Assembly (NCBI GenBank): GCA_043228905.1
Contig: JBHGNT010000014.1
Span: 3,658,001-3,722,000, forward strand
DNA: 64,000 bases
DNA from: Azolla caroliniana
Lineage: Eukaryota > Plantae > Polypodiophyta
Reading direction: 5' to 3'
Numbering within the stretch: the first letter of the stretch is position 1; each line of letters opens with the position of its first letter. Below the pieces are notes generated by a model. That model did not search any database. It had not been told where the DNA came from and saw nothing but the letters and a program-made list of their open reading frames with translations. A program made the translations under genes and the position numbers. Shown here piece after piece: positions 36,101 through 47,933 of the stretch.

Positions 36101-39100
36101 GTCATCTTATGAGTCGAATTTTTAAATAGGATCATTGATGGGCAGGGACACAATGGTCCCAAAGCTTTTCTTTCCTTGCAAAAATGTTTTCCAATTAATA
36201 AAACAACCAATACTTTGTCTAATACAATGGATGGATTTACCTATTACTTTGGTGTGGAAAGTCATGCACAAAATAAAGGGAGCAGGAAGATGTTGGATGA
36301 TTGTGCCCTTCAGGGATGATTGAAAGGGATGACATAATTTTTGGTATGTTTCTTGAATATTCAGATGTGGATATAGTCAAAATATTAGAAAATTGCTTGA
36401 ATGAGAAAGAATGCGACAAGAGATTTGTTCATGTAAATTCTGTTGATATGTACCTTCATATTGCTGATTTTATTGAAAAAAATGGTTGTATAGCTAATAG
36501 TGAAATAGTTGGCAATAGCTATCATGAAATGGCTAAAAAAGCAAGTAAAAATAACTATGCAATAAAAGTTAACAATAAATATAAAACAATAGACAAAAAG
36601 GTCAAGCCCGTGGCCATGCATCTACCTATGGGTAGTACTGAAATGAAAAAGACTGTCGTGTTTGAGCCAACATTGCGAGATTCTAAGGATATTGGTCATA
36701 AGTTTACAAATGCTACTCTAGATCAACTAAAAATTGGTGAGAATGATTTTCTTTTGCCTGTTGACATACAATGTTTTCGAAATATGATTGCTAGTCATGG
36801 GAAAGCATTTGCATTTGAGTCGAGTGAAATTGGTTGTGTAGACCCAACAGTTTGACAGGAACTACACGCTCGCTGCGTAACGCTCGGCCACAACCAAGCT
36901 TAGAATCAAACACAGAAAAACGGGGAATGAACACACGACACAAAGGAGAGAAGAGTACACAGGATGTTTAACGTGGAAAACCCTGAGAGGGAAAAAACAC
37001 GGGAGTCCAGAGACTCCAAACTATCACTATATCACAATGATTACAACAGTGAGCTCACAGAGGCAACGACCTCGTGCTCACGATCTTCGCCATAGGCGGC
37101 GGTTACAACAGAGGCAACGACCTCTTCCTCTCTCTCTCTCTCTCTGTACACTGTTACGCGCTCTCTAGTCTTGCACCAACAAGAATGACAACAACATACA
37201 TATTCTTTGTTTGCCCTAAGTCGTATTTATACTAATATGACTTTTCGGCTATTTACAAATATAGCCCCCATGGACTCTCAAAAACATATTTACAAATATG
37301 TCTCTTCATCCGGTGAGCACTCCTCACCGGGCCTGCATCATCCGGCGCTTGCCGGGTGCTCGTCATCCGGTTCTCACCGGGTCTGCACCATCTGGCTCTT
37401 CGTAGCCGGGTACTCTTCATCCGGTTCTCACCGGGTCTGCACCATCCGGCTCTCCGTAGCCGGGTACTCTTCATCCGGTTCTCACCGAGTCTTCACCATC
37501 TAGAGGGACCTGTTTCCTAACACAGTTGTGGAACCAATGATTATATTTACAGTTCCGCATATTCCTTGGAATTTAAGGCCTATACCTTTTCCTCGAGCCC
37601 AAATACTGCAAGGAATAACTTTGCTTAAGGAAAAAATAGAAATGGGTATCTTGGAGCCATCAGATGCCCCCTACTCGAATAAGTGGTTTACTGTACCTAA
37701 AAAGAACAGTTCATTAAGGTTCATTCAGGATTTATAGACTATCAATAGAGTTACTATTCGAAACGTCCGTGTTGGACCGATTGTAGATGCCTTTGCAGAA
37801 GCTTTTGTAGGAAGAACTATATATCCTATGTCTGATTTGTATTCAGGATATGATCAATTTCAGCTTGCTATTGAAAGTCATGATATAACTACTATAAGAA
37901 CACCAATTGGATTGATGCGAATGTGTACATTGCCTCAAGGTGCTACAAATTCAGTGGCACATATGGTGAATGCTATGAATAAAATTTTAAGAGATTTTGT
38001 GCCAAAAATTAACTATGCCTTTTCTAGATGATGTTCCAATTAAAGGATGCTCGATGAATAAGAAGGATGAAAAACTCATGGCGAACGGATGTAGAAAGTT
38101 TGTTGTAGACCACATTGATGCTTGTCAAAGAATCCTTTCAAGGTTAGAAGAGGTTCATCTTACATTTTCAGGACAAAAATCTATGTTTGGGGTTCCCGAA
38201 GTTCTGATTGTAGGGCACATGTGTGGACCCTACGAAAGAAAGTCATCCCCAATTAAGGTAAATGCAATTCAAAATCTAAAGGATGATTGTAAATCTCTAA
38301 CAGAAGTGCATAGGTTTTTGGGTGCTTGTGTGTTTTACCGAATTTGGATTCCACATTTCGCACATGTGGCTAATCCGCTTTATGGGTTGCTTAAGAAGAA
38401 TTCAAGTTTCCTTTGGACTAATGTACATACAGATGTAATTCGCCAACTAAAGGAAATGTTGTTGAATGCCCTTGTTTTACAGAAGGCTAGGTATGATAGT
38501 GAACACCCCATCATTGTTACTGTGGATACAAGTCCAATCAGGATTGGTTGGGCTGTTGGGCTGTTAGCCAAGAAGAGAAGGATGAGTTTAGATACGCAGT
38601 TCGATTTGGTGCAAAAATCTTAACAGAACGCCAAAGAGCTTACACACAGATTAAAAGAGAGTTATGGGGTATGTTAACAGCTATTAAAATAGATCGTAAA
38701 TACTTAATTGGTGTTGAAGTTGTGGTTGAAACAGATTGTCGTCCATTGCTAGGAATGATTTCAAGTTGTGAAACATCTGATATAGCTATGCTTAGATGGA
38801 TAGCTTACATAAAATCACTATGTCCTGAAATCAAGCACATTGCAAGAACGGATAACCCAGTTGCCGATATGCTCTCAAGAGCGAGGTTTAAAGGAAAAAA
38901 TACTATGGTAATGACTAATGAAGAAGATGAGGGTTTTGATTTCTTTTCCATAAATTGTAACTTGAAGGGGTCATGTGATTTGGGTGTTTATGTTATTCTT
39001 CGTGAATCTGAGTACGAGGGGGAGATGTTACAAATTGGAGAATACTTGAGTACTCATGAGAAAGATGGAACATGGTCAAGGGAGCTATTTCATAAAATAA

Positions 39101-41014
39101 GAAAGAAAGCTTATAAGTTTTTTCTTCATGTCATTGAGGGATATCTTTGGAGACATCCAAAAGTTGTGGAAGGGATTCCGCAAAGAGTGGTTGGAAGAAG
39201 GGAAGAGCAACAAAAACTAATATTTGAATTTCATAATACTTTATGGGCAGGTCATCGTGGAGTTTGGGCCACCTACTCAAAATTAAAAGAGAAGTTTTGG
39301 TGGGCTGGAATGTACAATGGTGTTGCAGATTATGTACAATCATGTGAGAACTGCCAAATGTATTTGAATATTCGGCATCGTGATGGGTTGCAACCTACTT
39401 ATTCTTTATCTCTACATTATAAATGGGTTGTGGATATTGTAATGATGTCTGTGGGGGTTTGGCAAATGAGATATCTTGTATTGGCAAGAAAAGATTTGAC
39501 AAATCAAGTGGAAGGCCGAGCCCTACGCCAAAAAACCACTTCAGTTGTTCCTTCTTGAAGATGTGATATGTAGGTATGGGTGCATTGGAAAGATTGTTGT
39601 AGACAGAGGAGAACTAGATTCTAACGAAGTTGAACAATTTTTTTCAAGAATGGGAATTCGACTGTCCTTAACTACGACATATAACCCTGAATCTAATGGG
39701 AAGGCTGAGCGTGGACATAACCCTATAGTAAAGGATTTGGTGAAAGCTTGTGATGGCAAGCCAACTAACTAGCCTCATCTGTTACCGTATGCACTATGGG
39801 CTGACCGCACTACTCACAGTTCCATAACTGGCTTTATGCCATTAGAATTGATACTTGGTCAAAAACCAATTATGCCAGTAGAGCGATCGGTATTTTCCTG
39901 GGTTGCCTTGCCATGGGCAGATGAAATGAGTTGAGAAGATTTTCTTGCTCTTAGAATAAGGCAACTAGAAAGGAGGGATGAAGATGTTCAAATAGCTACA
40001 GAAAGGATGAAACAATAACAAAGAAAGATTTGATAAAACCCATCGCCTTCAACCAAGAAAGCTCCAAGAAGGTGATTGGGTCATAGTTTATGATAACAAC
40101 TTGGATAACCAACATAGTACTTCTCGCAAATTTGCCAAAAGATGGTTCGGGCCATATATCATTAGACAAGTGAAAAAAAATGCAACATATTTCCTAATTG
40201 AAATGGATGGAGTTGCTTTAAAGTTACCACTTGCAGGAAAGTGAATTAAGCTATTCAAGAGAAGGGAAGATCAAAGCACTAACTTCCTCAACGAAGATGA
40301 CATCCATGAAGTTGAAGAAGGAGACATTCGTTGGCGCATGCCAGAGGATGCACAGGTCTAGAGGGGGAGGATGTCGTGACATTTCCATGCCACGATGAGA
40401 AAATAGCCTCTACCAATTTATATGAGCTTATTCAAATGTTTGTAAAAGGTTATAGAAAGTGCGAGACCTCGATGAATAGGAGTGTGTGGGGGTTTAGGTG
40501 TCGTGAAGGATTTGCTTCATGATAGAAAAATAAACTAAAATATTTTATTGAATAACATTCGAGAGACTTGAACCCACGACCTCACATACCAAAGACAAGG
40601 CAAATACAATTAGGCTAGGACATTTACTCTTTTAAATCTATATTTTAATATTTGTACTTATGCCATGTAATATTTTCATAATGAAAGCTCGAATGCGTGG
40701 AATGTCTATCATGCATCACATACATTTCATGCACTACATGCATATCTTGTACCCTCACATGCATCATATGCATGGGGGCACCTATTTAAAGAGGGAAAGG
40801 GAAAAGAGTGAAGGGAAGAACATGAGATGAGGAATATTATTGTAATAGGAGGGACAAGCTATATTATTTTACAAGAAATATTTTGTAATCATCTTCAAAT
40901 ATCAATACAAGTTATTTCCATTTCTCATCTTTCTTTGACAAGAAGCCCGATGCTTACTTCCCGAATACACGATTTTCTTTTCGTTTGCTCTTGTATGTCA
41001 AGATCGATGCGCCA
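33198..41014 (+). mobile_element. Full-length degenerate AT-rich Ty3/gypsy of the Trp-primed lineage; LTRs 33198-33878 and 40372-41014
   Basis: TGTCGTGA-starting direct repeats, decayed PBS TGGTGAATTCGACGTGAA and PPT AGAGGGGGAGGA. Gag 33912, protease 35467 (LIDHDSEINL) and RT/RH/IN ORF pieces 36301-40260. Flanks GCGT/ACGT. Confidence 0.94.
36853..37522 (-). mobile_element. Solo copia LTR with perfect 5-bp TSD CAGTT, inserted in gypsy pol
   Basis: CAGTT at 36848-36852 and 37523-37527; removing the insert restores CVDPTV|VEPMII. Shares the terminus GAGGGACCTGTTTCCTAACA with LTR 41503-42027 and has tandem repeats in U3. Confidence 0.95.
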
Positions 41015-42027
41015 ACGTCTCCCAGTTGTCCGGAAGGGATCCCAACAACAATAGTGCTAATACCTCATCAGCAAGAGGTACTTCTAGAGATTTTGTTTGA
41101 TTCATCCGTCCTTGGAAGGCATTAATATCCTTCGCCATGCTAGTACCGTCTTGATACCCGAGTTTCACGAATTTTCTGAAAACTGAGACTCTGTTCACAA
41201 CGTTCTTGTTCTCAAACATTACGCCAATCTTCTTCCAGAGGACGTCGGCACTCGTCTCTTCATCAAAGTTGTTGTATAGACTCATGTCTATAAAACACCT
41301 TATGTATGCAGACGACTTCAGATGCATGACTTCCCAAGTTGATGCATCGATCTCGTCTAGCTTCGTCTTTCCGTACTGCACCGACAACTAGAGGTCTTTG
41401 CACACGAGCATATCCCGCATCTTCTACTTCCACACTGAATAGTTGGAGCCAGTTAATTTGAAAATTCCACCAATATGTTCTTCCATCGCTCTAATACCAG
41501 TTTGTTGAGAATCGTTACCGGCCACAACCGGTTTCTCATATATGTATGCGGGTGCAAATATTGACAATGACAGTGCACAAACAAACACCGAAAAATAGAG
41601 AACAAAGACATGAGATATTTTACTAAGTATATGGAGAGGAGTACAAGGAGACTCGGAGGCAACAACCTCGAGTTCGTCTAATAGACTGCGGTAGGGTTAC
41701 TAATCTCATTCTTACTCTTTCACCCTTCCTAGTTGTTATAGAGGCAACTACCTTGTTCTAACTATACAGTAATGATCAACAACTACTAATGATTCACACA
41801 TTCTACTTCATAAAGTTTGCCCTAGTTGTATTATACTTATATAATTTTCTAGCTATTTACAGATATAGCCCACATGAGGCACATTTAGACTATTTACAAA
41901 TATAGTCTCCCAAATAGGAATCGATTTCCAGTTTTCGGTTTTCGGCCTTGGCCGAATTGCCCACTTACTCCACCCGATTTGGTTCGTTTGAGTCTTCTTC
42001 CCATCCGGAGGGACCTGTTTCCTAACA

Positions 42028-42373
42028 ATATGCATGAGTTCCAACGACTTTCTCTTTCTTGTCGGGGGCCTAGTTCAGAAGGAGGTTTTGTTCTTCTTGT
42101 CGGCCAAGCAATCAGTGCACTTCTCGAGTTGTGCGTTCTTCACCTCAGGATTGAGGTTGCCGTCGGCAAGTCTCCGCATCCCCTTCTCACCCATGTGACA
42201 CAACCTCTTGTGCCAAAGCTCGCCAACAGTGTCAGCTGCCATATTCATTTCTTCCTAACATATCCGAGCATGCATCAGATACAAAGTGCTAGTTTTTCGG
42301 GCTCGACCCACAATCAAGCTCCCTTTGTAGAACTTCATGACGTCGTTCCGGATGCTACCTATGTAGCCTTCGT
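42028..42373 (-). mobile_element. Copia pre-integrase fragment (oldest layer, target of the host copia)
   Basis: The minus strand reads GELWHKRLCHMGEKGMRRLADGNL...EKCTDCLADK..KTSF...KSLELMH. Confidence 0.85.
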
Positions 42374-42788
42374 TGTCATGAACACATGACCATTATGGCG
42401 TCACCCAGACTTGAACCTCAACCCTTGTAATCCATAATTGAAAACCTCAACCATTAAGATAGCTTATTGTCGTATGAGAGGATAAAAGCTACTTTTTGTA
42501 TTAGATTGATTATTGTAAAAACTCTAGATCATTCTAGAATGTCCTAGAACATTCTAGAACATTATAGAAATCTCTTAAAGCTATTCTATAGGAACCTATA
42601 AATAAGGGCATACATGTATTCTCAAATCAATTCGAATCAACACCAATCTTTAACTCTCATTACATATCTTGTATCCATTCTCTTTCTTTCTCTATCTTAA
42701 TACACCCATTCTTCTCTTAGCATTTCGTTCCTTTCTTCTCGTGTTCCCTTATATCCTTCTTCTATCACTTATCTTTTATTCTTGGTTC
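42374..42788 (+). mobile_element. Partial AT-rich LTR (TGTCATGA start)
   Basis: Same layout as the reverse complement of ~20900-21303 (TTGAACC, TTCTAGAA repeats, CTATAAATAAGGG, CT-rich leader). Confidence 0.6.
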
Positions 42789-43222
42789 TGTTACTGGCCG
42801 GCAAAGGAGTCCAGAGTGGGAAACGGAGAGCTAATTAAGTAGTAGGAATGTGGTTGTAATTAAGCTATGAGTGTGGACGAACGGACTGGAATCGGTATGC
42901 CGTTCCGGATCCGGACCGATCCCGAACAGGTGCGGATGGCACCGTTTTGTAATACGGACCGAAAATCTATTTAAAGGCCCAGATACAATGTAATAGTTAG
43001 CGGTTAATTAAGGAAAGCTTAAGCGTTGTTATCTCTCTGTGTTAATTGCCGTTCTGTCTTAATTGTTATATCTTACGCGTGTTATGAAAGACGATCCTAA
43101 TAAGTAACTTAACTAAATTGGATTAAGCGTTGAAGTCTAATCCGGTTGCCGTAACACCCTTTGGTGAAGTGTCTCACGTAGACACCCTGTGTTAGGCCAT
43201 TGTCCGGCCCGAAGAGTTAACA
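42789..43222 (+). mobile_element. Isolated LTR of the gypsy family at 44495-60938, without TSD
   Basis: TGTTAC...TTAACA. The 5' half matches the reverse complement of 44500-44720 and the 3' half matches that of 60795-60938. Flanks GGTTC / TTTTA differ. Confidence 0.88.
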
Positions 43223-44494
43223 TTTTACACCCTCTTTCGTCGCACCATCATGTTGTATTTTGGCCTTCATATCGGCTCCATCGTTTGTCTTCAATCGACC
43301 ATCCTTCATTGGCCATGTCGTTGACAAGATTCTCATCTTCCTCTCATCATGTCTCCGGCATACCCTTTGGACTTCGGCCCAATCTTCGGTAAGACCGTTC
43401 GCACCATCATCATCTTCGAGCTCGATCCCGATGTCCATCCTTTCTTTCCGATCAATCAATCTTACGAACATTAGGACTTTATCCTCCCCCACCAATCGTT
43501 GTTCCCGCTCCGAGAGTCGAGCAAAACGATGCTTGAACTCTAGGAATGCTTGTGTTGCACTTCGGTGGGTCTTCTCCGATACCACCCATTTGTCAAACTC
43601 GCGTCGATCTCGTCCCTTCGATCTCTCGTAGTCATATGCCTCTCGTAAAGCTTCTTCAAAGGACCCCCATGTTGGATTTTGTTGCCGTATCTTGTAGATT
43701 CTTTCTTGTAACTCATCTGTGGCTACCCGACTGAAGGATATCACTTGCAATCCTTCTGGTATCTCACATCGCATCATCTCTGCTTTGTAGTCACGTAGAT
43801 AGCATGACACATCATTTCCGTTGAATTGCCCGTTTCATTGCACAAGCTGCTCTATTGCCGACTTCATCTTCGACATCGCACGTTGCTCTTGTTGCATCCG
43901 CTCAATCATCATCATCATCATCATGCTCATCGCCTCTTGTTGATTCTCCATCTCCTTGCCACCTGTCTTCACGTCGGGTTCACCACTTGTGTCGTACATT
44001 TCGGCGCCAGATCATTGCGTGAGTCGGGTGGGAACCATTGGGGTTTTGGACTAGGAGGAGGAAGAATTTGAGAAGAGTCTAGTTATGTATAGATTATTAG
44101 AAGCTTGTGAATCCCACAAGTAGAGTTGTTTTAGTTTATCTTAATCATAGTAATAAATTGAAATAGTTTAGAATAGTTTAGAGTAGAAATAGAAAAGAGA
44201 TCAAACCTTGTGAATCCCACAAGTATTATATTATTTCGTGAATCCCACGAATATAGTTTATTGATAATTGGTGTTTTAGGAAATATATCCAATTTCCCAA
44301 TATTTTACACTCCCTTATTACATTGTGCTCCCCATCCTTATATGGTGATGAGAGATTCTTCACAATTCATGTTTTTTTTTCTAACTATAGACTCCATGCT
44401 TTTCCTATAGATAGACTATATGCTTTATCTAAAGTGATCATGCTTTTTCTATCTTGTGCGTTTTTTTATCGACTATAGCATTCATGCACGCTAG
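43223..44494 (-). mobile_element. 5' fragment (partial LTR, tRNA-Trp PBS 43968-43985, gag) of a Trp-primed gypsy
   Basis: TGGTGAACCCGACGTGAA on the minus strand. Gag MENQQ...FNGNDVSCYL...KVLMFVR..D...DGANGLTEDW is homologous to 33912 and 53010. Confidence 0.9.
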
Positions 44495-44774
44495 ATTGTA
44501 ACCGGGCCTTTATATAGGTCTCCGGTGCGAAATACAAAACGGTGCCAACCGACACCTTTTCGGGATCGGTCCGGATCCGGATCGGCATACTGATTCCGGT
44601 CCGTCCGTCCACTTCTTCTCATATATTAATATATATATTAAGACTAACAGTTCCCGAATAAACTATTCCTTTTCACACTCTGATTTGGACCTCCTTAAGC
44701 CTTCTTGCCAGCCGGTAACACATGGTACGCCCGTGGGACGGTACCTTGTACGTCGAACCCATTATCCTGCCATT

Positions 44775-47700
44775 TTACGCTTTGTCCAAAATGTCCAGAA
44801 TGCTTTGCTCCAAAATTTCCAATGGCTCGTCGGGAATTTGTTGTTGCTGCTGTGGCTGCTGCTCCGTTTGTGGCTGTGGCTGCGTTTGTCGCTCTAGCAC
44901 CGACGTTTCCTTCATTGGTTCCTTCGTCGGAGTTGTCTCTGGCTGATTGACCCCAGCCTGGTCCCCGTTTGGTCCTAGTACCGGCGACGGTTCCTCATCA
45001 CTAAGGTTGACTGTTGCCACCTTTCTCACTTTTTCTTCCCAAAGCCGGGACCGCTCATAGCTCTCAAACTGGATTTGAGCCTCCAACCGATTGTCGTCCA
45101 GTTGAGCTATGAGCTGCCAGACCTGTACCAATTGTTCATCCGCCAGGGCTGTGAAATCTTCGGCTAGCTCTTCCCTTATGGTGGTGAAGTCCTCCGATGT
45201 CAGCGTATAACAATCGTCACCCTCCTTCTGCCGGTTTTCTACGTCCGCTCTGAGCAATTGGAGTTCCGCCGTATTCTGCGCCCATTTCATCCACCATCGC
45301 ACAGAGCTCTCGTCAATCAAGTTTTTGGTCTTGGTGAGCCATGACCGGAGGATGCACTGGATCCGTTCGGCTCCCATCCGTGATTTGTTTTCTGCGGCTT
45401 GTCGCTCCTCTTTCAATTGCTTGATGATTCGGACCATGTCTGCCTCCTGCTCCCTATAAGGCGACAATTGATTTTGATAGGTTGTTTGCAACCTCTGTAA
45501 TACCATTGTCGCTCTTTCCTTGTCTTCATGGTTTTGTTTGTGGAGCTCCATCCGGTCATTCGTCGCTTCCTCCAATAGCTTGGAACTCTTAGCTCGTTCG
45601 TCGGCGAGTGCCATTGTGGCCCTATCAACTTCTTGCCGGAGTTCGGCCATCCGTTCCTGCTGTTGCTTATACTCCGTCTCCAGCTGCTTGTAGTCCTGGT
45701 GCAGATGATCAAAATCATCGGTCTTCTGCTTCAGCCTCTGGTTGATCTGCCGGCGCGTGTGGTCCTCTCGGTCCTCCTGGTCCTTCTGTTGATGGAGTTC
45801 TTCCTTTAGCCTCTCGATTTCCGTCTCCGCCATCCGTCGCAGCTTGTCTTTTTCCTGCAGCAATTTCTCTTTTTCCTCCTTTAGCCAGTCGTACGCATGA
45901 TGTCCTTTACGCAGGTTTTCCTCTACTCGGCGGAGGTTCTCAGCAGTCTTTTTTAATTCTTCTTCGGCCGCCTTCTTCAAGTCGCGTTCGAGGCTTCATA
46001 ATGCTTCTTGGGCGGCAAGTTCATCTCGTCATTCCCCAAGCTCTTGCGCTTGCGCCGCATCTTTCTTTGGGACAGTTTGTGTCTCTGGGGTCTTATTCCT
46101 CTGTACATCCATTGGAGTCACCAGTGCTTGGATCTGCGTTGCGGTTAAGGCCATTTTGGCCATGTCTCCTGTGATTCGATCCAAGTCTTGTTCGAGGCAC
46201 CGGATCCTTGACCGGGCCGTCTCCAGTTCATCGGTTGTGACGAGCAACCGTTCCGTTTGCGCTCTTTCCTCCACCTCTATGCATCCGACTACTCCGGCAA
46301 TTTGTTCTCCTATCCACCGGAGCCATTGGCTGCCGGTGCACTGTTGTTGCGTCTGGACGACGGGTTGGCTGATGGGTTCACTTGCCGGTGGCTGGTCCCG
46401 CCTTACTTCATCGAGCTGCACTTCTGGTTCCGCCTGCTGATCACTTTGTCGTTCCGGCTCTGGGTGTGTTTCGGCTAGCCGCCCCTTGTCTGCTTGTTCT
46501 TGGTCGGCTGAGGAGGTTGGCCTTTGTATAACCGGCTCTTGAGTTACGGGGCTCGCCGGTGCTGCCTGTTGTGCAGGGACTTCTGTGACCGGTTCCATCC
46601 GAACCGGTTCCGGTGCCTCCCTTGGCGTGGGATGCTCAGTGTGAGTTGCGGGCGTTCCATCCTTCTATGGGTCCGAACGCTTCCCGGTTGATTCAGCGGT
46701 GCTCTTCACCGGCCGCTGCTGGAGGTGCTCCATGGGTTCTTCCTCCATTTCCTTCGCCTAAGTCCCGACATTCATTCTTGCCGCTAGGGTGCCCGTTTCT
46801 TGTTGCACCGGTCGATGGAGTGGGCTCTTTAGGGGTCGTGCCGGTGTCTCCTCGTGTGTGTCCGTCGGCCGCTTCCGGCTGGCGCACTCCTTTGCCGCCT
46901 TCTCTGCGTCGGCCGTCTTCCCCTTAGTGGCCTTGGAGGCCAACAGTTGTTCATTGCTCTTCCCCGCTTCTTGGTTTGGACGGGCTCAACCGGTGGTGTC
47001 AATAGGGTGAACCATTGCGTCACCGCATGCCATATTTTCCGGCCTTCCTTGCCGTTTCGAAGCAGGTTTCGGGGTGTCGTCCATTGCTCTTCCCTGCTTC
47101 TTGGTTTGGACGGGCTCGACCGGTGGCGCCAATAGGGTGAACCATTGCGTCACTGCATGCCATATTTTCCGGTCTTCCTTGCCGTCCTTTCCTCTTACTA
47201 TATCAATAGCCGTTCAGAGCCCGTCGGCGATCAACACCGGCCAATCCACCTTGACCCCTTCGTACGTCGCGATAATCAAGCCTGCTCGGTTCTGAGGCAT
47301 GACGGGGGGTCGAGGGTATACGTGGCCGAACTCATGGAGCACACGGGCAATTTCGCGAAATAACATATCTTCGCCGCCTTGTGTCCTGTAGCCCTTGCTA
47401 GCGAGAGAGTACTCACCGAAATATTTGATGAGTTGCTCGGAGGTAGGATTGTCGATCGTGTAGATGCCTCCCTCCGGAAGGCCTATTAACACACGGATCG
47501 CCTCCTCCGTGATCACCTCTGTATCGATTTCTTTGATAATCTTTTTGGCCTCCTTGTGTGGTGCCGCCTCCATGATCATTAAGAAACCCTCTAGTCCGTG
47601 CTGCCGTTGCCATTTCTTGGCGGCTTCAGACAACATTTGGCAGTACATCTCTGCGTCGAGGTTGGAGAGCGTTGGCGAGGTTTGGTGGTAGGGAGAGTGT

Positions 47701-47933
47701 GAGAGAGAAAGTTCCGAGTGAGGAGGTTCTCAGTGTCCGAGCTCTCTGTGATTGATCTTCACGCGTCTGTCTGCGTCTATTCTCCTTGGTTCGCAATAGG
47801 AGAAGGTCTCGATGCGTGGGGGTTTTTCTCTCTGCATCTTGGCGCCTTTTTCGAGCCTCCGCATGTGCAGGTCGTGTACTATAATAGCATTGTGTGCCAT
47901 GTGGCGGTGGTTTAATGTCCTATTCATAGCCAC
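44775..47933 (-). pseudogene. Extra sense-strand ORF downstream of integrase (globular N-terminus, Pro/Gln/Glu-rich linker, long coiled coil), disrupted
   Basis: Consecutive minus-strand ORFs 47730-47933, 47214-47648, 46029-46598 and 44775-45980 (401 aa, E/K/Q/R heptad-rich), ending 55 bp before the 3' LTR. Confidence 0.75.

Larger units (their letters stand above)
19089..42027 (-). mobile_element. Old Tnt1/Tto1-like Ty1/copia host element broken by nested insertions; 5' LTR 41503-42027, PBS 41488-41499, 3' part lost
   Basis: The pieces join into one gag-PR-IN-RT reading: gag 41015-41486 and 32769-33197, protease piece 31979-32085 (inverted), pre-integrase 21422-21845, IN-RT 19089-20340. PBS TGGTATTAGAGC on the minus strand. 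Confidence 0.88.
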
